Shown: positions 12,775-26,176 of the stretch, in pieces | How the letters are laid out: the number at the start of each line of letters is the position of its first letter | How positions within the stretch are numbered: position 1 is the stretch's first letter | Source of the DNA: Eledone cirrhosa | Lineage: Eukaryota | Reading direction: 5' to 3' | DNA length: 64,000 nt | Assembly (NCBI GenBank): GCA_964016885.1 | Contig: OZ024741.1 | Location: 287,618,001-287,682,000, forward strand | Made by a program: the position numbers and the translations under genes | Notes under the pieces: generated by a model | Told to the model about the DNA's origin: nothing | What the model saw: only the letters and a program-made list of their open reading frames with translations | Databases searched by the model: none

Positions 12775-14321
12775 ATATATGTGTCTTTATGTGCTTGTGT
12801 GTACACATATATATATATATATATATATGTGTGTATGTATGTGTGTGTATGTATATATATATATATATATATAGTATTAGTTATACTATTTATGGTTATG
12901 TAAATACAAAAACCTTATGCAGTTATAAGTATTTTTTATACAAACCCTAAATAGTGGTAGGCAGTAATGTATTACTACCTTATTACCAGTAAGTTAAGTA
13001 GCTCAATGTAAAAACATCAGACGATTTACAGAGTAGTTATATGAAATATAAGAATCAAAGAACCACTTGAACTGCACTACACCGCTCTGATCTAATATAA
13101 CACAAACAACGACATCCCTCTGGAACCCTTCGCAGGGAGAATACCCATTTATACCTCTACGTCAGGTGTGACAACATCCACCCACTCGAACTGCACTACA
13201 CCGCTCTATAGGTAATTTAAGCATGAATTGATTGGTTTGGTAGTGTTGTGCGGAGGAAGCGCCTTCCTTAGACAGATGAAAAACGATTTAATCTAGTAAC
13301 GCTGTTGAGCAGTAGGACCAGGACGCTGAGCGCAGAGAATGAATGTATTGCAACTGGCGTGCGGGTTGTACATATATGGATGATTTGGCGGTCAGAGAGG
13401 GGTCGTGAGGACTGCGGATTGACCTCTGGCCGGACCTGGTGATGATTATCTTTCGACATCCAATGTAGCAAGCGATGACCCAGAACTTACCAGAGATCAT
13501 TGGGTCCTGAAGTGATTCTGCAATCACCGCGCCTGGTCCTATGAGTAGACTACAACCACAGAGATCATTAATTTAGAATCCTCGCTCATCATCTATAATA
13601 TTCAATTGTGGCACCTTATGATGGGGGTTAATTCACCATAATAATACGAACACCTTCAGCACAACTTAATTAAACTACTCTATAGTTAAAACACTTTATG
13701 CTTTAGAAATTTTTTGGAAGTTGCGCATAACCATAGAAATTAGGGTCTATATTGAGACACATTTCAATAGCTAGGTATAGAAACCCCGGAGTTACCTCCC
13801 CTCATGCATTAACTCCCCTTAGCCACACACACACTTCCGGGTGGTATTCAATGTCGTTTCTCGAAACGTAACAGCCTCCTGTATTGAACTAAAGAACATC
13901 AGACTACGATTCTCTAACTGGATTGGCAAACGCTCAATATCGAATTGTCGTGGATTATGTGAGGGGCATATGATCGAAAAATACACTCCCCTGACCATGA
14001 AAATGTCGAAGTACATGAAATACTTGTCATTCCTTCGCTGTGCATCTCCAATACTTTTAATATTTTTAATGCTTGCACTATTTTTAATGCTTATATCATT
14101 TCTCCACACACAAACTATATCAATCATATAAAGAATTTGCCACCAGATCAACCAACCTAACACTCTTGTTTACCTACCTAAGTGCCTCTACTACACGTAT
14201 CTCTCTGCCACACTATATAAACAAGACGCACGTGCTTGCCACACATATAACATTTGCACTATATAACCGCTTATCTTCATCATGTATTTTAACCTGTATT
14301 TTTGATTTTTGATTGTACCTT

Positions 14322-14450
14322 TTAATATGAATGTAATCTCGAAGTGTGTACTGCCACTCTAAATTCTGTAATGAATGTTGACCCACAATATTTGCATATG
14401 TATCGGTATGTCTCTTGGCTGAAAAGGAGGTCATATAACTGTCCATGCAT
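14322..14450 (-). CDS. Putative 42-aa micro-ORF or exon with one C2H2 zinc finger
   Basis: MHGQLYDLLFSQETYRYICKYCGSTFITEFRVAVHTSRLHSY*; Y-x-C-x2-C-x3-F-x8-H-x4-H. Also preceded by tactaat...ctccttttcag, which is acceptor-like. Confidence 0.45.
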   Translation of the reverse strand: MHGQLYDLLFSQETYRYICKYCGSTFITEFRVAVHTSRLHSY

Positions 14451-14458
14451 TAGTAAAT

Positions 14459-14505
14459 TGCTCCGAAGAATCCAAACCTCGGTTTGGAGGAAACAGCTGT
14501 AAGCA
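14459..14505 (+). ncRNA. Type I hammerhead (U4C substitution)
   Basis: tgct-CCGAAGA-a-tccaaac-ctcg-gtttgga-g-GAAAC-agct-GTA-agca. Confidence 0.7.
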
Positions 14506-14636
14506 CAATAATGTTTTGAACAGTTCTTTAATTCTTATATTTCATATATATATATATGTGTATATATATATATGTATATGTATGTATATGCATGTGTATG
14601 TATGTATGTGTGTATGTATGTATTTGTATGTGTATG

Positions 14637-14667
<31 letters not shown>

Positions 14668-15689
14668 ATGTGTGTGTGTGTATGCATGTATGTGTGAACG
14701 GATGTATATATACGGACATATGTATATATGTGTGTGTGTGTGTGTGTGTGTACACGTGTGTGTGTGTGTGGGTGTGTATGTGTGCGTGTATGTGTATATA
14801 TGTATATTTAGTTATGTATCTTTATGTGTGTATATGTATGTATATGTATGTATGTATATATATATATATACCCATGTGGAGGTATGAGTACATATTCGTG
14901 TGTGTACGTATGTGTATATGTGTTTTTATATGTGTCTTTATATGTTTTTATGTATGTATGTGGATGTATATGTACATGGGTGTGTGATTGATGGTGTGTG
15001 CCTATATATTCCTACATATGCCCGTGTGTGTATGTACGTATATACGCACATATGTGTGTGTTGAACAAAGGACTAATTTTGGGATGGACGTAGAAAAATT
15101 CTTCAGAAAAAATAATTGTTTACAAGCTTGGCAGGTGCAGTTTGCCTATGACCATTCTCGACACAAAGGAATACTAAAAGCTTTTTCCCCTGAATAAATG
15201 AATTTTTCGAGAATGACCGGGGCAGGCCGCACTTGCTACATTTCTCCCCACCCAACCCTACTCACTGTCTCAACTCATTACTGCTATTAACATTTTTTCA
15301 ACACACCTACACCCATGCACTTATTAAAGGGGGAGAAAAAAAACCCCACCACACCACAGACATGTTAAATCCCTATATATAGAACAACACACCACATACA
15401 CATCAGTTTGACAAGCGCACCTCAGCGTCAAAGGTCTTTCTAAAAACGAAACAATACCTCCTACGTTAACCAAGAACTCCTAAGACCTAACCAACAACCA
15501 ACAACTTAATTTATAAAAAAAATTTTTTGAGAAAATTTTTTTCTAATCCGGAAAAAAATTCTTTTCTAATCCGGAAAAAAATTCTTCACAAAAGTGAAGA
15601 AAATAAATTTGTTGAAAGCACAAGTGAAGCCATTTTTTTCTTCCCCCCTGTCTTAATATGTATATATATATACATATATGTGTGTGTTC

Positions 15690-16370
15690 TGACCTGAACG
15701 TTGCACGATCGTCCGTTGTCCAAGTTCTCACACAGCTGGAAGCCGCTTACGTTGATTCTACAATAGTACTCACATGTAAAAAGACAGCAAAATGTTCTGA
15801 CAGCATCGGAACACTCAAATTTATACGAAAGATGTTGAAAATTATCGATAGGAAACCCCCAGATCACATAAATAGTTTGTTGAGCAAGTTATAACATCAA
15901 GACGCTGGAATGCTTAGGTTTTTCTCTGAAGAGAAAAAAATTGATGAGAACCCAAAGATCAAAGAGACTCTAGTGTCATTCCAACAGTGATGCACACAAA
16001 GTTTCCAGCAACTGTGGTGGTTCTGAGGATCGTGAGCAAAGAGGGAGATGCCATGCCTCATCACGTCTTTTCTTAGAGCTTAAGAGTCAATGCTACCAAT
16101 TATAACAAGATGCTGGAGGAGGTTGTGAGGCCATGGGCGTAAGCAAAGAAAATCGTACACCTACAAACAAGATTCTGCGCCATCACATAAGGTCAAGACA
16201 ACCCAAGAATGTATGAGTTCCAATCACCACGACCAAACACATGGCCTTCTGTCTCTCCAGACCTAAATCCGTTGGACTGATACCTATGAGGCGTAGTCAA
16301 CAGTGGAGTCAATCCACGCATTCATAAAACTTCAAAATCTATGAAGTACGCCATAGCACAAAGCTCTTCT
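15690..16370 (+). pseudogene. Tc1/mariner superfamily (maT/DD37D-like) transposase relic
   Basis: FFSEEKK, TKFPATVVVL..VSKEG..MP, LRVNA..Y..MLEEVVRPW, KQDSAPSHK..TTQ, WPSVSPDLNPLD, with stops and frameshifts. Confidence 0.8.
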
Positions 16371-16482
16371 TTCATGACTTATACACGTTTTACTAGATTC
16401 ATGCAAATATCCTCAGAGAACTGAGCAAACCCTGTATTTATACACATAGACAGACACGCACACACACACACACACACACACA

Positions 16483-16733
<251 letters not shown>

Positions 16734-16844
16734 CAGACATACATACAAGTTTTTTCACATACTATTATTTTCTTCCTTCTAATCAGAATTGTCTATTTCT
16801 TTTGACTTTTTCTGTGTACATGATTTATGTTTATGTATATGTAT

Positions 16845-19800
16845 TTTCTTGGACCAAGAAGGTAAGTTGGTGGTACTGGACGTGACCAGCGGAGAGGGAC
16901 AAGCTTTCAGGCTAGTGGCCGTCTATGCCCCAACAGGAGCAGGACGGCCTGAGTTCTTCCGGCGTATGGAGACCTTTCTTGGAACGTCCCGCTCTTTAGT
17001 GTTAGTGGGCGACTGGAACGGGATCTTAGATGCACGCTGGGACTGTGTGGGATTAACGGATAGGAGAGAAGAGTGTAAAAGCCTCGCAAACCTGCTCAGA
17101 CGTTTTCAACTGTCTGACAAGTACCAGTTGGATTTCCCGAATGTGCCAATGTGGACTTGGACAAACCGCATTGGGTCAACCAGATCATATCTAGATAGGG
17201 TATTTTGTAGGGAAATAGATAGGTCTAGCATAGGCTGTCCACAATTCAAGATAGTCGACTACATGGACCATAAATTCGTGACCTGTGTGGTTGACTTAGA
17301 TAGGTTTCATAGACAGGGACCCGGCTACTGGAAACTAAACGCTTCGTTAACAGCGCGCAAAGCTTACAGAGACCGGATTAGCGAATTAGTTAAGCAGGCG
17401 TTGACAGGGGCCATCGTCAACAACAAATGGTGGTTTGCCCTGAAAAGAGCGATTAGAATAGAGTCCATTAGATTTAGTAAAGCGTTAGTAACAGAGAAAA
17501 ATAGAGCAGAAGGAAATCTAGTTAGCAAATTAGACGAGGCACTTAGTAAAGGCATCGCGACCGACGTGCTTGCGACCAATTTTTCAACGCTAAGCACGAA
17601 GGCTGCGTTGTCGAGCTAGGGTGCGTGCTCTCAGACACGAGGGGACGAAAGCTGTTCAATGGGCCCGGGAATGACTTCAGTGCCTACCTCGACGGACTGC
17701 CGCGGCTCTCGGCCGATAGCAGCTGCTGAGGTACGGGAGGCAATGACTAGCTGTACAAGGGGTAAATCTCCTGGTTTGGATGATCTGCCCTACGAACTTT
17801 ACGTACATATGCCAGACTAGTTCGAAGACCTCTTGACGGACGTCTACTGCAACTGGCAGCAGAACGGGAGAATTCCCAGCTCCGTGAGCCGAGGAGCGAT
17901 GGCGCTGCTCAGAAAGGATCCGAACAAGGGGGATAACATAGATAATTTCAGGCCCATAACTGCTAAACACAGAGTTCAAGATTTTAGCTAAGGTGCTAGC
18001 AAAGAGGTTGGCGCTTGTCGTTGGTGGTCTGGTGGGAGAGGCGTAAACATGCGCCATTCCAGACAGATCCATCCACGACAACCCCCACCTCATGCGATAC
18101 ATCGTAGAGAGAGTAGCTAGAGAACATGGCATGGGTGGGTCCTTGATCAATTTAGAACAGTCGAAAGCTTTCGATAGGGTCGACCATCGTTATCTGGCGG
18201 CAGTCCTAAGAGAAACTGGCTTTGGGCTTGTTTTCAGAGGCTGGATTGCTGCCATGCACAGCGACATCTACTCTATGAGAAGGAACGGTCACTTGTTGGA
18301 ACCGTTCAACATTATGCGCTCGATCCGCCAGAGATGTCCTCTCTCGTCCCTGTTGTACGTATTGACTCTCGAGCCATTACTGCACAAACTGGAGACGTTG
18401 ATGGGGGTCCCGCGCGAACTAGGATGTAGAAGAACCGTGTCGGCATATGCAGACGACGTCCCCGTACTGGTGTCGAACGCCAAACACATCGAGGCGATCG
18501 GCACCACAATAACAGAATGCGAGGTGGGGACAGGAGCATTGATCAACCAGGAAAAATCAGTAGGCCAGCAACTCGGCACCTGGAGAGGCAGGTCCATGCC
18601 ATCCAACAGACTCGTCCGGCGCTGGACATACGGACCGGTTAAATTGCTAGGGTCTGGTTCGGTCCGGACCTTCAGACGAACAGAAATGGGCTGAGAGGAA
18701 GCTATCCCTGAAAGGTTGAGCCGAGGTGGCGAATGCGTACATCTCGTCCGTCATCTACTACCGCCTGACCATCGTGCCTCGTCCTAAGCCTCGCCTGACT
18801 GCACTGGAGCGTTTGTTCTTTCGCTTTTTGTGGAAAGGACGCGCTCCGATGGTCAGGCGGTCCATCTGCTGTCAACACCCGCTACGTGGAGGGCTGGGCA
18901 TGTCGTGGCTGATGATGCGCAGAGACGCGTTCAGGCTACGACATCTCCACCTCTCCCTCGACCGTGATCAGGTGTGGTCGCCGTTTGCTAGAGGCGTCTT
19001 TCCCCAGCTCGTCTCCTTGACGGAACTGCAGTCCTGGGTCAAGCGAAGGCTGAGAGGGAGCGCTAATAAACTGGAATGTCTTCAAGCGCTCACAGCCCTC
19101 GACCTGTCGGGCAATACGATCGTTGGAAACTCCACCTTGGCGTTCTGTAGAGGGTTAGTGGAGGGAAAGAGCGACGACGTCCTTGGGGAGACTCTAGGCG
19201 TCGACGAAAACCAACTAGCCAATCTCTTCGTGAGAACTTTTGAGCCGAGTCCCATGGACAACTTCCAGAAATTCCTAACCTGGCAGCGCTACCGAGGAGC
19301 CTTGCCAGTTCGGTGGATAAACTCTACAGGCATGGAAGTGCCGTCAGCCGGGCCTGTCAGAGATGCGCGCAGGGTGATGAAACCGTCCTGCACGCACCCG
19401 TCCAGTGTCCGAGTATTGCTGACTTGTGGGTTTATGCCGAACACCTGCTGTCACGTGTGGAACGGATCGGGCTTTCAGCTAAATCCATCGTGAGGATTTC
19501 CCCACCCTCTTCCTTTAGCCGGGAATGGCAGGAACTTTTAATCTGTCTGTTGGCCATGGCAAAAGAGATAGTGTGGTGGACGCGTTTGAAAGGGCTGAAG
19601 ACGAGCACTTACCTCTTCGGTGATGCCCTGATTAACTTTTTCAAATTTCATTTGAAAAGGAAAATCAGGGTAGAGAGGGAAGTGCTCTCTTCCCAGCATT
19701 TTGTTGAAAGATGGTGAGAGAGGCAAGAATGGCTCGTGTGAATGGGACTACTCTGAGTATGTGCCTCTAAATTGAAGGTGGAAAACTGGGAGAGGGCACT

Positions 19801-20055
19801 TTCCCTGGTGGTCAGGGTCACCGTGGCTTTTTTAATGGGCTTTCCCACGAATGTCCCTCGGAAGTCCCCCCCCCCCCCTATTGGGCAATTTTTCATTGTT
19901 TCTTTTTTGTTACAACCTGTTTTTGTTTTATTTTACACGCAGAATGCCCATTTGTACCGTCCTGTATTGCCCTGTATTGTCCTTAATATCTTACTTTGTT
20001 TTAAACCCTTGTGGTTAATAAAGAAAGCATTATTATTATTATTATTATTATTATT
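16845..20055 (+). mobile_element. 5'-truncated, degraded Tx1-like family A copy
   Basis: Co-linear with 44824-48293 with stops, frameshifts and internal deletions; ends aataaagaaagc(ATT)n. Confidence 0.95.
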
Positions 20056-20162
20056 ACTTTTATTACATGTTTTGACATTTATCCCAGTGATTACTACGTA
20101 TCTCTCTTTTCCTCTCTCACTCTCTCTCTCTCTATATATATATATGTGTGTGTGTGTGTATG

Positions 20163-20281
<119 letters not shown>

Positions 20282-20513
20282 GTATATATATACATATATA
20301 TATATCATTGATATTATACCCCAGAATAAACTGTAGAGTGCTTCGAATCTGTTATAAATAAATTTTTTGAATAACCAACAAATTAAATATCTATTTGCTT
20401 ATATATATATATATATATATAACGAAGGAAATGTGGTAAGGAACCAGGTGGACCATAACGCACCAAAGTACTCAATACTTAGGGTAGTAGAGTGGGGAAT
20501 AGGAACCAGTAAG

Positions 20514-20607
20514 ACCCCGACGGCTGAGCTCAAGCCGTTTCGACGGCTAATTCTGGACTAAATGAAAATTTATCCTGGTATTTAAATAGCCGAGCTTCTC
20601 AAGGGGT
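20514..20607 (-). ncRNA. Type I hammerhead, U3:A8 variant, long stem II
   Basis: Minus strand acccc-TTGAGAA-g-ct-cggcta...tagccg-tc-GAAAC-ggcttgagctcagcc-GTC-ggggt. Confidence 0.78.
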
Positions 20608-21380
20608 AATTCCATATATGGTCAAAGTGATTGTCAAAAGGTAGTAGTAATTCTGTGATTGCAAATTAGTAGGGGAGATGGTGGCTAAACCTGCCAGTAG
20701 GAGAAAAAGGGGAGGGGTGGAGTAGACCCAATCAGGCGTTGGTAGTGCCAGCTACAGCTGGGCATGAGGTCAAAGAAGATACTAGGGATGAGGAGGGGAA
20801 GGAAGTCGAAACGGTAGGTAGAACAATGAGGGGTAAAGATATATATATGAAAGAAAAAATACTGAGAGTGATGAAAAGCGAATAAGTGTAAAAAAAAAAG
20901 AGTATAAAAGCAAGTTCTACGACCTAAGTCTCTAGCTATTGTTAGGCTAGATAGATAAGTAAATAAAGAAAGAAAGAAATAAAGAAATAACGAAATAAGT
21001 AAATAAACTAGGTGGGACGGAATAGGCAAGGACCCTTTTAAGAGGTATAAGTACGTAAATCATACGGTGACGGGTCCAGAAATGGGGCCAAAATACTAAA
21101 GAGACTACTACGAAATAAATAATAAAGGTTTCTATCCCGGGCACAAGGCCAGCAACCACCCAGTGCAGCAAAGTAAACTAGTACGAGATAATAATTCTGA
21201 GTCCCGAAAAAAATATATACTAATGCTAACTCTAAAGGTACCGCCGCGCTACCAAAGATCTTATACAAGCTACATGAAAGTTCGTACGAAGTAAAGGTAG
21301 AATACGGAAAAATAAATTCAGAATCCACCCCGCCCAAAAGAAAAGAGAAGAAAGAAATACTGAGGACGGACACCTCCAAC

Positions 21381-21740
21381 AAAGCTTATATAGGACTAAC
21401 CGCATGTGACTTCAAGACCCGGCTATACCAACATAGACATACCTTCCGAAACCCGGCCCGGCGTCACGCCACTACACTTTCGGGCCACATATGGGACCTC
21501 AAGGACAACAACATCACCTATGATCTCACTTGGAGATTACTGTCCAGAGCCGATTCTTACACGGGAAGACGCCGTCCGTGCAATTTATGCTCGGAGGAAA
21601 CTTTACAAATGCTGTTTTCGACGGACCAACTCCTAAACAAGAAAGATGAACTGGTTACTGCATGTAAACATAGATTGTGTAGGACTTACCTCGCCCTCAA
21701 ACCCCATAATGACCGGGGGGGGGTTAGACTAGGGCTATAA
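21381..21740 (+). pseudogene. C-terminal half of a PLE GIY-YIG endonuclease (stop-free, no start codon)
   Basis: KAYIGLTACDFKTRLYQH...TTLSGHIWDLKD...W...CNLCSEE...LLNKKDELVTACKH; not in the ORF track. Confidence 0.85.
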
Positions 21741-22836
21741 CACCCCACTTGCCGATTTTGCAATGGGCAACCCCTGCTTGCCAAGGGAGACGTAAGATCT
21801 TCTTTTTATTCTTTTATCGCTTCCTTTATTTCCTTCTTCCCCCATCCCTCCTTAGTCCTTCTACCCCAGTTCTTCTTCTTTGTCGGCGTCTTTTCTCGCC
21901 CACCCGAGGCTGCCCTTTGGCCCCTTGTAGCCTCAGTACCCCCACCCCCTCCCCTAGTCTATGATAGATTTGGCGGACTCCGCTTTTTATAGCAGTTGTG
22001 TTAGACCTCGGATACTTGCCCCCTTTTCCGACCGCTCCCCCTATTTTCCGTGCCTTCTATGTTTCTTAGTGGCACTTATGCCTTATTTTCTCGTTTCAGT
22101 ATTTCTTTCTTCTCTTTTCTTTTGGGCGGGGTGGATTCTGAATTTATTTTTCCGTATTCTGCCTTTACTTCGTACGAACTTTCAAGTAGCTTGTATAAGA
22201 TCTTTGGTAGCGCGGCGGTACCTTTAGAGTTAGCATTATTATATATATTTTTCGGGACTCAGAATTATTATCTCGTACTAGTTTACTTTGCTGCACTGGG
22301 TGGTTGCTGGCCTTGTTCCCGGGATAGAAACCTTTATTATTTATTTCGTGGTAGTCTCTTTAGTATTTTGGCCCCATTTCTGGACCCGTCACCGTATGAT
22401 TTACGTACTTATACCTCTTAAAAGGGTCCTTGCCCAATCCGTCCCACCTAATTTATTTACTTATTTCGTTATTTCTTTATTTATTTCCTTATTTCTTTCT
22501 TTATTTACTTATCTATCTAGCCTAACAATAGCTAGAGACTTAGGTCGTAGAACTTGCTTTTATACTCTTTTTTCTTTACACTTATTCGCTTTTCATCACT
22601 CTCAGTATTTTTCTTTCATATATATATCTTTACCCCTCATTGTTCTACCTACCGTTTCGACTTCCTCCCCCTCCCCATCCCCAGTATCTTCTTTGACCTC
22701 ATGCCCAGCTGTAGCTGGCACTACCAACGCCTGATTGGGTCTACTCCACCCCTCCCCCTTTTTCTCCTACTGGCAGGTTTAGCAATCACAGAATAACTAC
22801 TAACTTTTGACAATCACTTTGACCATATATAGAATT

Positions 22837-22930
22837 ACCCCTTGAGAAGCTCGGCTATTTAAATACCAGGATAAATTTTCATTTAGTCCAGAATTAGCCG
22901 TCGAAACGGCTTGAGCTCAACCGTCGGGGT
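22837..22930 (+). ncRNA. Type I hammerhead, U3:A8 variant, long stem II
   Basis: acccc-TTGAGAA...cggcta/tagccg...GAAAC-ggc-ttgagctcaa-cc-GTC-ggggt. Confidence 0.75.
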
Positions 22931-22940
22931 CTTACTGGTT

Positions 22941-23018
<78 letters not shown>

Positions 23019-23088
23019 CTGTTGAGTGCTTTTATATCAGTTATAAAATATTTACTCGTTGTAACCCAACAATTTTAAATAAAACTTT

Positions 23089-23130
<42 letters not shown>

Positions 23131-24406
23131 ACTATAAACTTATCCCTGTGGCATTATCGTAATGGTGGCAACAACATGTATTCAATGCATGAGAACAATG
23201 AAGTTTTTTACAATCAATCTTTTGAGTTGAGTTGTCATCAAACGCCATGTTTGATAACACATCAACGAAGAAAGAAAAAGTTTCTATATAAGCCATTCTA
23301 GAAAGGACGATATCTATAAGAAAAAGAAAGAAACTTTAGAATACCATATTTCAAAGATTCCTTAGCAAGGCTACAAGGTGAAAAACCCTTGTCGACAATC
23401 GCTGAATCTACAAAAAGATATTTCAAGATTTTCACCAGAGTTCGGTTAAAATCGTAGACAATTGAAACTGTAAAATAATTAAAATAGTAATAAATAAAAC
23501 AAAATAATTAAAGGAAAGAAGGAAGTGAGTTGTTGAGACTGAAATCTACAGTGTTGTTAATAATTCCGAACACCTTGGAGAATGGAATGGACTTGTTTGA
23601 TCGATGTAACAGCTTGCTTGTGAAATTATCGTGTAAGTGAATGAGCATTGCACAAACAGGTCACGTGTACCCTTAATGTAAGTCACAGGGAGATTCAGCT
23701 TAGCACATAAAATACCCAGCCGAGAACATGTACAAAACTATGAGCTAAGAGAACAGAACTACCAAAATGAACATGCAGGAGAAAAATTTTCCGGTATCAT
23801 CATCTTCATCAGTTTTCATAGAGCTCATAACCTCAACCTCTAGTATAACCCTCTATACGAAACCCAGGTGAAATTCAAAATACTTGGTGATTTCTTTAAA
23901 ATATTTGAAACCTTGTAGCAAATATAAACCACAGGTGACGTAATAACTGTACAACACCAAAAAACCAAACATCCGGGAACTACCTCCACCAAGGTAACAT
24001 ACCCATTACCAGGGTAACAAACCCTGACCAGATGTTATATGTTGAGTTGTCTGAGTACTATCGGTAACTCTCCAGCTATAATCTGTACTAAATCTACTAC
24101 ATTGATTGTTCCACTCAATTCATCTAGTTCCTTCTACCATAGTGCTCGCCCACAATTTCACCAATACCTAAACCTACAAAATATACAACGTCTTAACACA
24201 AATTTCATTTTTCTTTCTGAAGATCCGCCCCATAATTACTCATTTCTGTCCAATGCACTGAAATCTAACGACTTTTTTACTTCTACATTTCCACTCCAAC
24301 CTGATACATGAATAGTTGCATGACTATAAAATTACAAATAAATTAGATGTTTTTAAAATGGTATTTCCTCCGTCTCTGTAATACTTCCATCATCTTTTAT
24401 TCACTG

Positions 24407-24431
<25 letters not shown>

Positions 24432-24440
<9 letters not shown>

Positions 24441-24976
24441 GTGAAGTAAGGTTCTGTACAAAACAGTGGATATAGAGAAAATGTGAAGTTGGAAATAGCA
24501 CGGAAAATATATTTTAGGGTCTGTTTTTCTTTTTTCAATTTTTTCCTTTCTTTGATTCGTCAAAGTTGTTCTGTGAAGAAACACAACCACCAACATTGCT
24601 GCTACTACCTTCACTACAACCTCTCTATTAGCAACAACTCGTTCACCAGTCCCCTTTTGAGCAAGAAAGGTGGGAAAAAAACTTACTCCAGCACTTAATT
24701 TTAATTTTAAATCTTTAATTTTTAGTTTTTAAAACCTATTAATTCTTTTTTAATTGCAATACTCAACATTTGAAAAGATGAATTTTGATAATACATCGAA
24801 ACCGGTAATACTTTTATACTTTATATACTTTATATACATTATAAAACTTTTTTTAAAAAGAATTGTCCCTCTCATTTTTTCAATAATGTCACCTTTTCAA
24901 TAACTTTGACGAATCAAAGAAAGGGAAAAAAAGAAAAACAGACCCTAAAATATATTTTCCGTGCTATTTCCAACTT

Positions 24977-24982
<6 letters not shown>
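24432..24982 (+). mobile_element. Short pLTR-like remnant with inverted segment and degenerate hammerhead
   Basis: ~24484-24537 is inverted at ~24925-24979; 24768-24811 reads at-TTGAAAA-gatg...catc-GAAAC-cg-GTA-at. Confidence 0.5.
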
Positions 24983-25020
<38 letters not shown>

Positions 25021-25050
25021 GTATATATATATATATATATATATATACAG

Positions 25051-26100
25051 TAAGTGTGGCTGAAACTCGAGTACGGGTATAAATTTCTGGTACCCATTTA
25101 CGTGAGTTGTATCGAGGCAAATAACGTTGTGTCTACTCTGGGATTTATACATAACCTTACCTATTGAGTACGCTGAGATGTAACTGGTACTAGCAGAGAA
25201 ACCTTATGCTAGTCCCGTTTACCTCTTATTGGTATTTTTCTCCCAACTTGCAGATTTACAATGAAAGTAAGTTACAAACTTCCAAATCTTTTATTGTGTT
25301 TTGTTTAATATACGCTCTAATATTTATTCTATCTTTTCTCTCTCACTCATCTATTGACTCATACAAGTTGGTCTTGCGCACGTGGCTGGTGGGAATATTC
25401 AAAATTCAAATTCTAGCCAGCACGCTAACTCTGTACCGCTGTCTAATTGCCTGCCGGCATTTAATGTCCGGAAATGTTTTAGATACTACATTTGTTTACT
25501 GTTGCACCACATTTGCCATAGTACTTGGAGACTAGAGCCGAATGCTACCATTCTATTGTACAGCGATTCGAGACAGCCTTTTCTCTAATAACCAATTTTT
25601 TTCACTCACTTGTTAATTTATGTTTGATTTGAGATATGTTGTTTGAGTAGTTATGGAAAGGTCGAAGCATAGAATCTCGACTCCTAGCCATCATGTAAAT
25701 TTCTGAATCAGTAGCCAATTGGTTGGTGGTATTTTGATGACACGGAGGGATTCCAGTTACTACTGTACTACTGTGTCGCCTGTCGCATTTACTGTCATAG
25801 CCAGCACAGACTGGAATCGAATCCTCTCGATCGCTTGGTTATTGATTAGGCGAGACCTGCTGATGAAGCCACGTGCGCTTATTGTGTATTATTGAATAAT
25901 AAATGCAGACAATGGGTGTTATACGCTCTCCTACTGCATTAAGTGTGGCAGAAACTCGAGTACGGGTATTAATTCATGGTATTCATTTACGTGTATAGTA
26001 CCGAGGTAAATAACTTTGTGTGTACTCTGGGATTTATACATAACCTTACCTATTGAGTACGCTGAGATGCGACCGGTACTAGCAGAGAAACCTTATGTTA
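25051..26100 (+). mobile_element. Non-coding pLTR/retrozyme-like element (family H2), 889-bp period
   Basis: ~160-bp direct repeats at 25051-25211 and 25940-26100; the first begins inside the hammerhead; (TA)n flanks; no credible ORF. Confidence 0.75.
25855..25967 (+). ncRNA. Type I hammerhead with ~70-nt insertion in stem II
   Basis: acctg-CTGATGA-a-gccac...gtggc-a-GAAAC-tcga-GTA-cgggt. Confidence 0.75.
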
Positions 26101-26118
26101 ACCTCTTAATATTATTAT

Positions 26119-26174
<56 letters not shown>

Positions 26175-26176
<2 letters not shown>

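Larger units (their letters stand above)
9590..14540 (+). mobile_element. Penelope-like element PLE-2 (Neptune-like) with probable long 3' pLTR
   Basis: RT/GIY-YIG frames at 10023-12288; hammerhead at 14459-14505 followed by an AT-rich tail and (TA)n. Including 12300-14540 in the element is inference. Confidence 0.7.
20421..22945 (+). mobile_element. 5'-truncated Penelope-like element PLE-3 with inverted pLTR
   Basis: ~20498-21363 is the reverse complement of ~22096-22945. A GIY-YIG fragment lies between the arms, each arm has a hammerhead, and both flanks are (TA)n. Confidence 0.88.
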
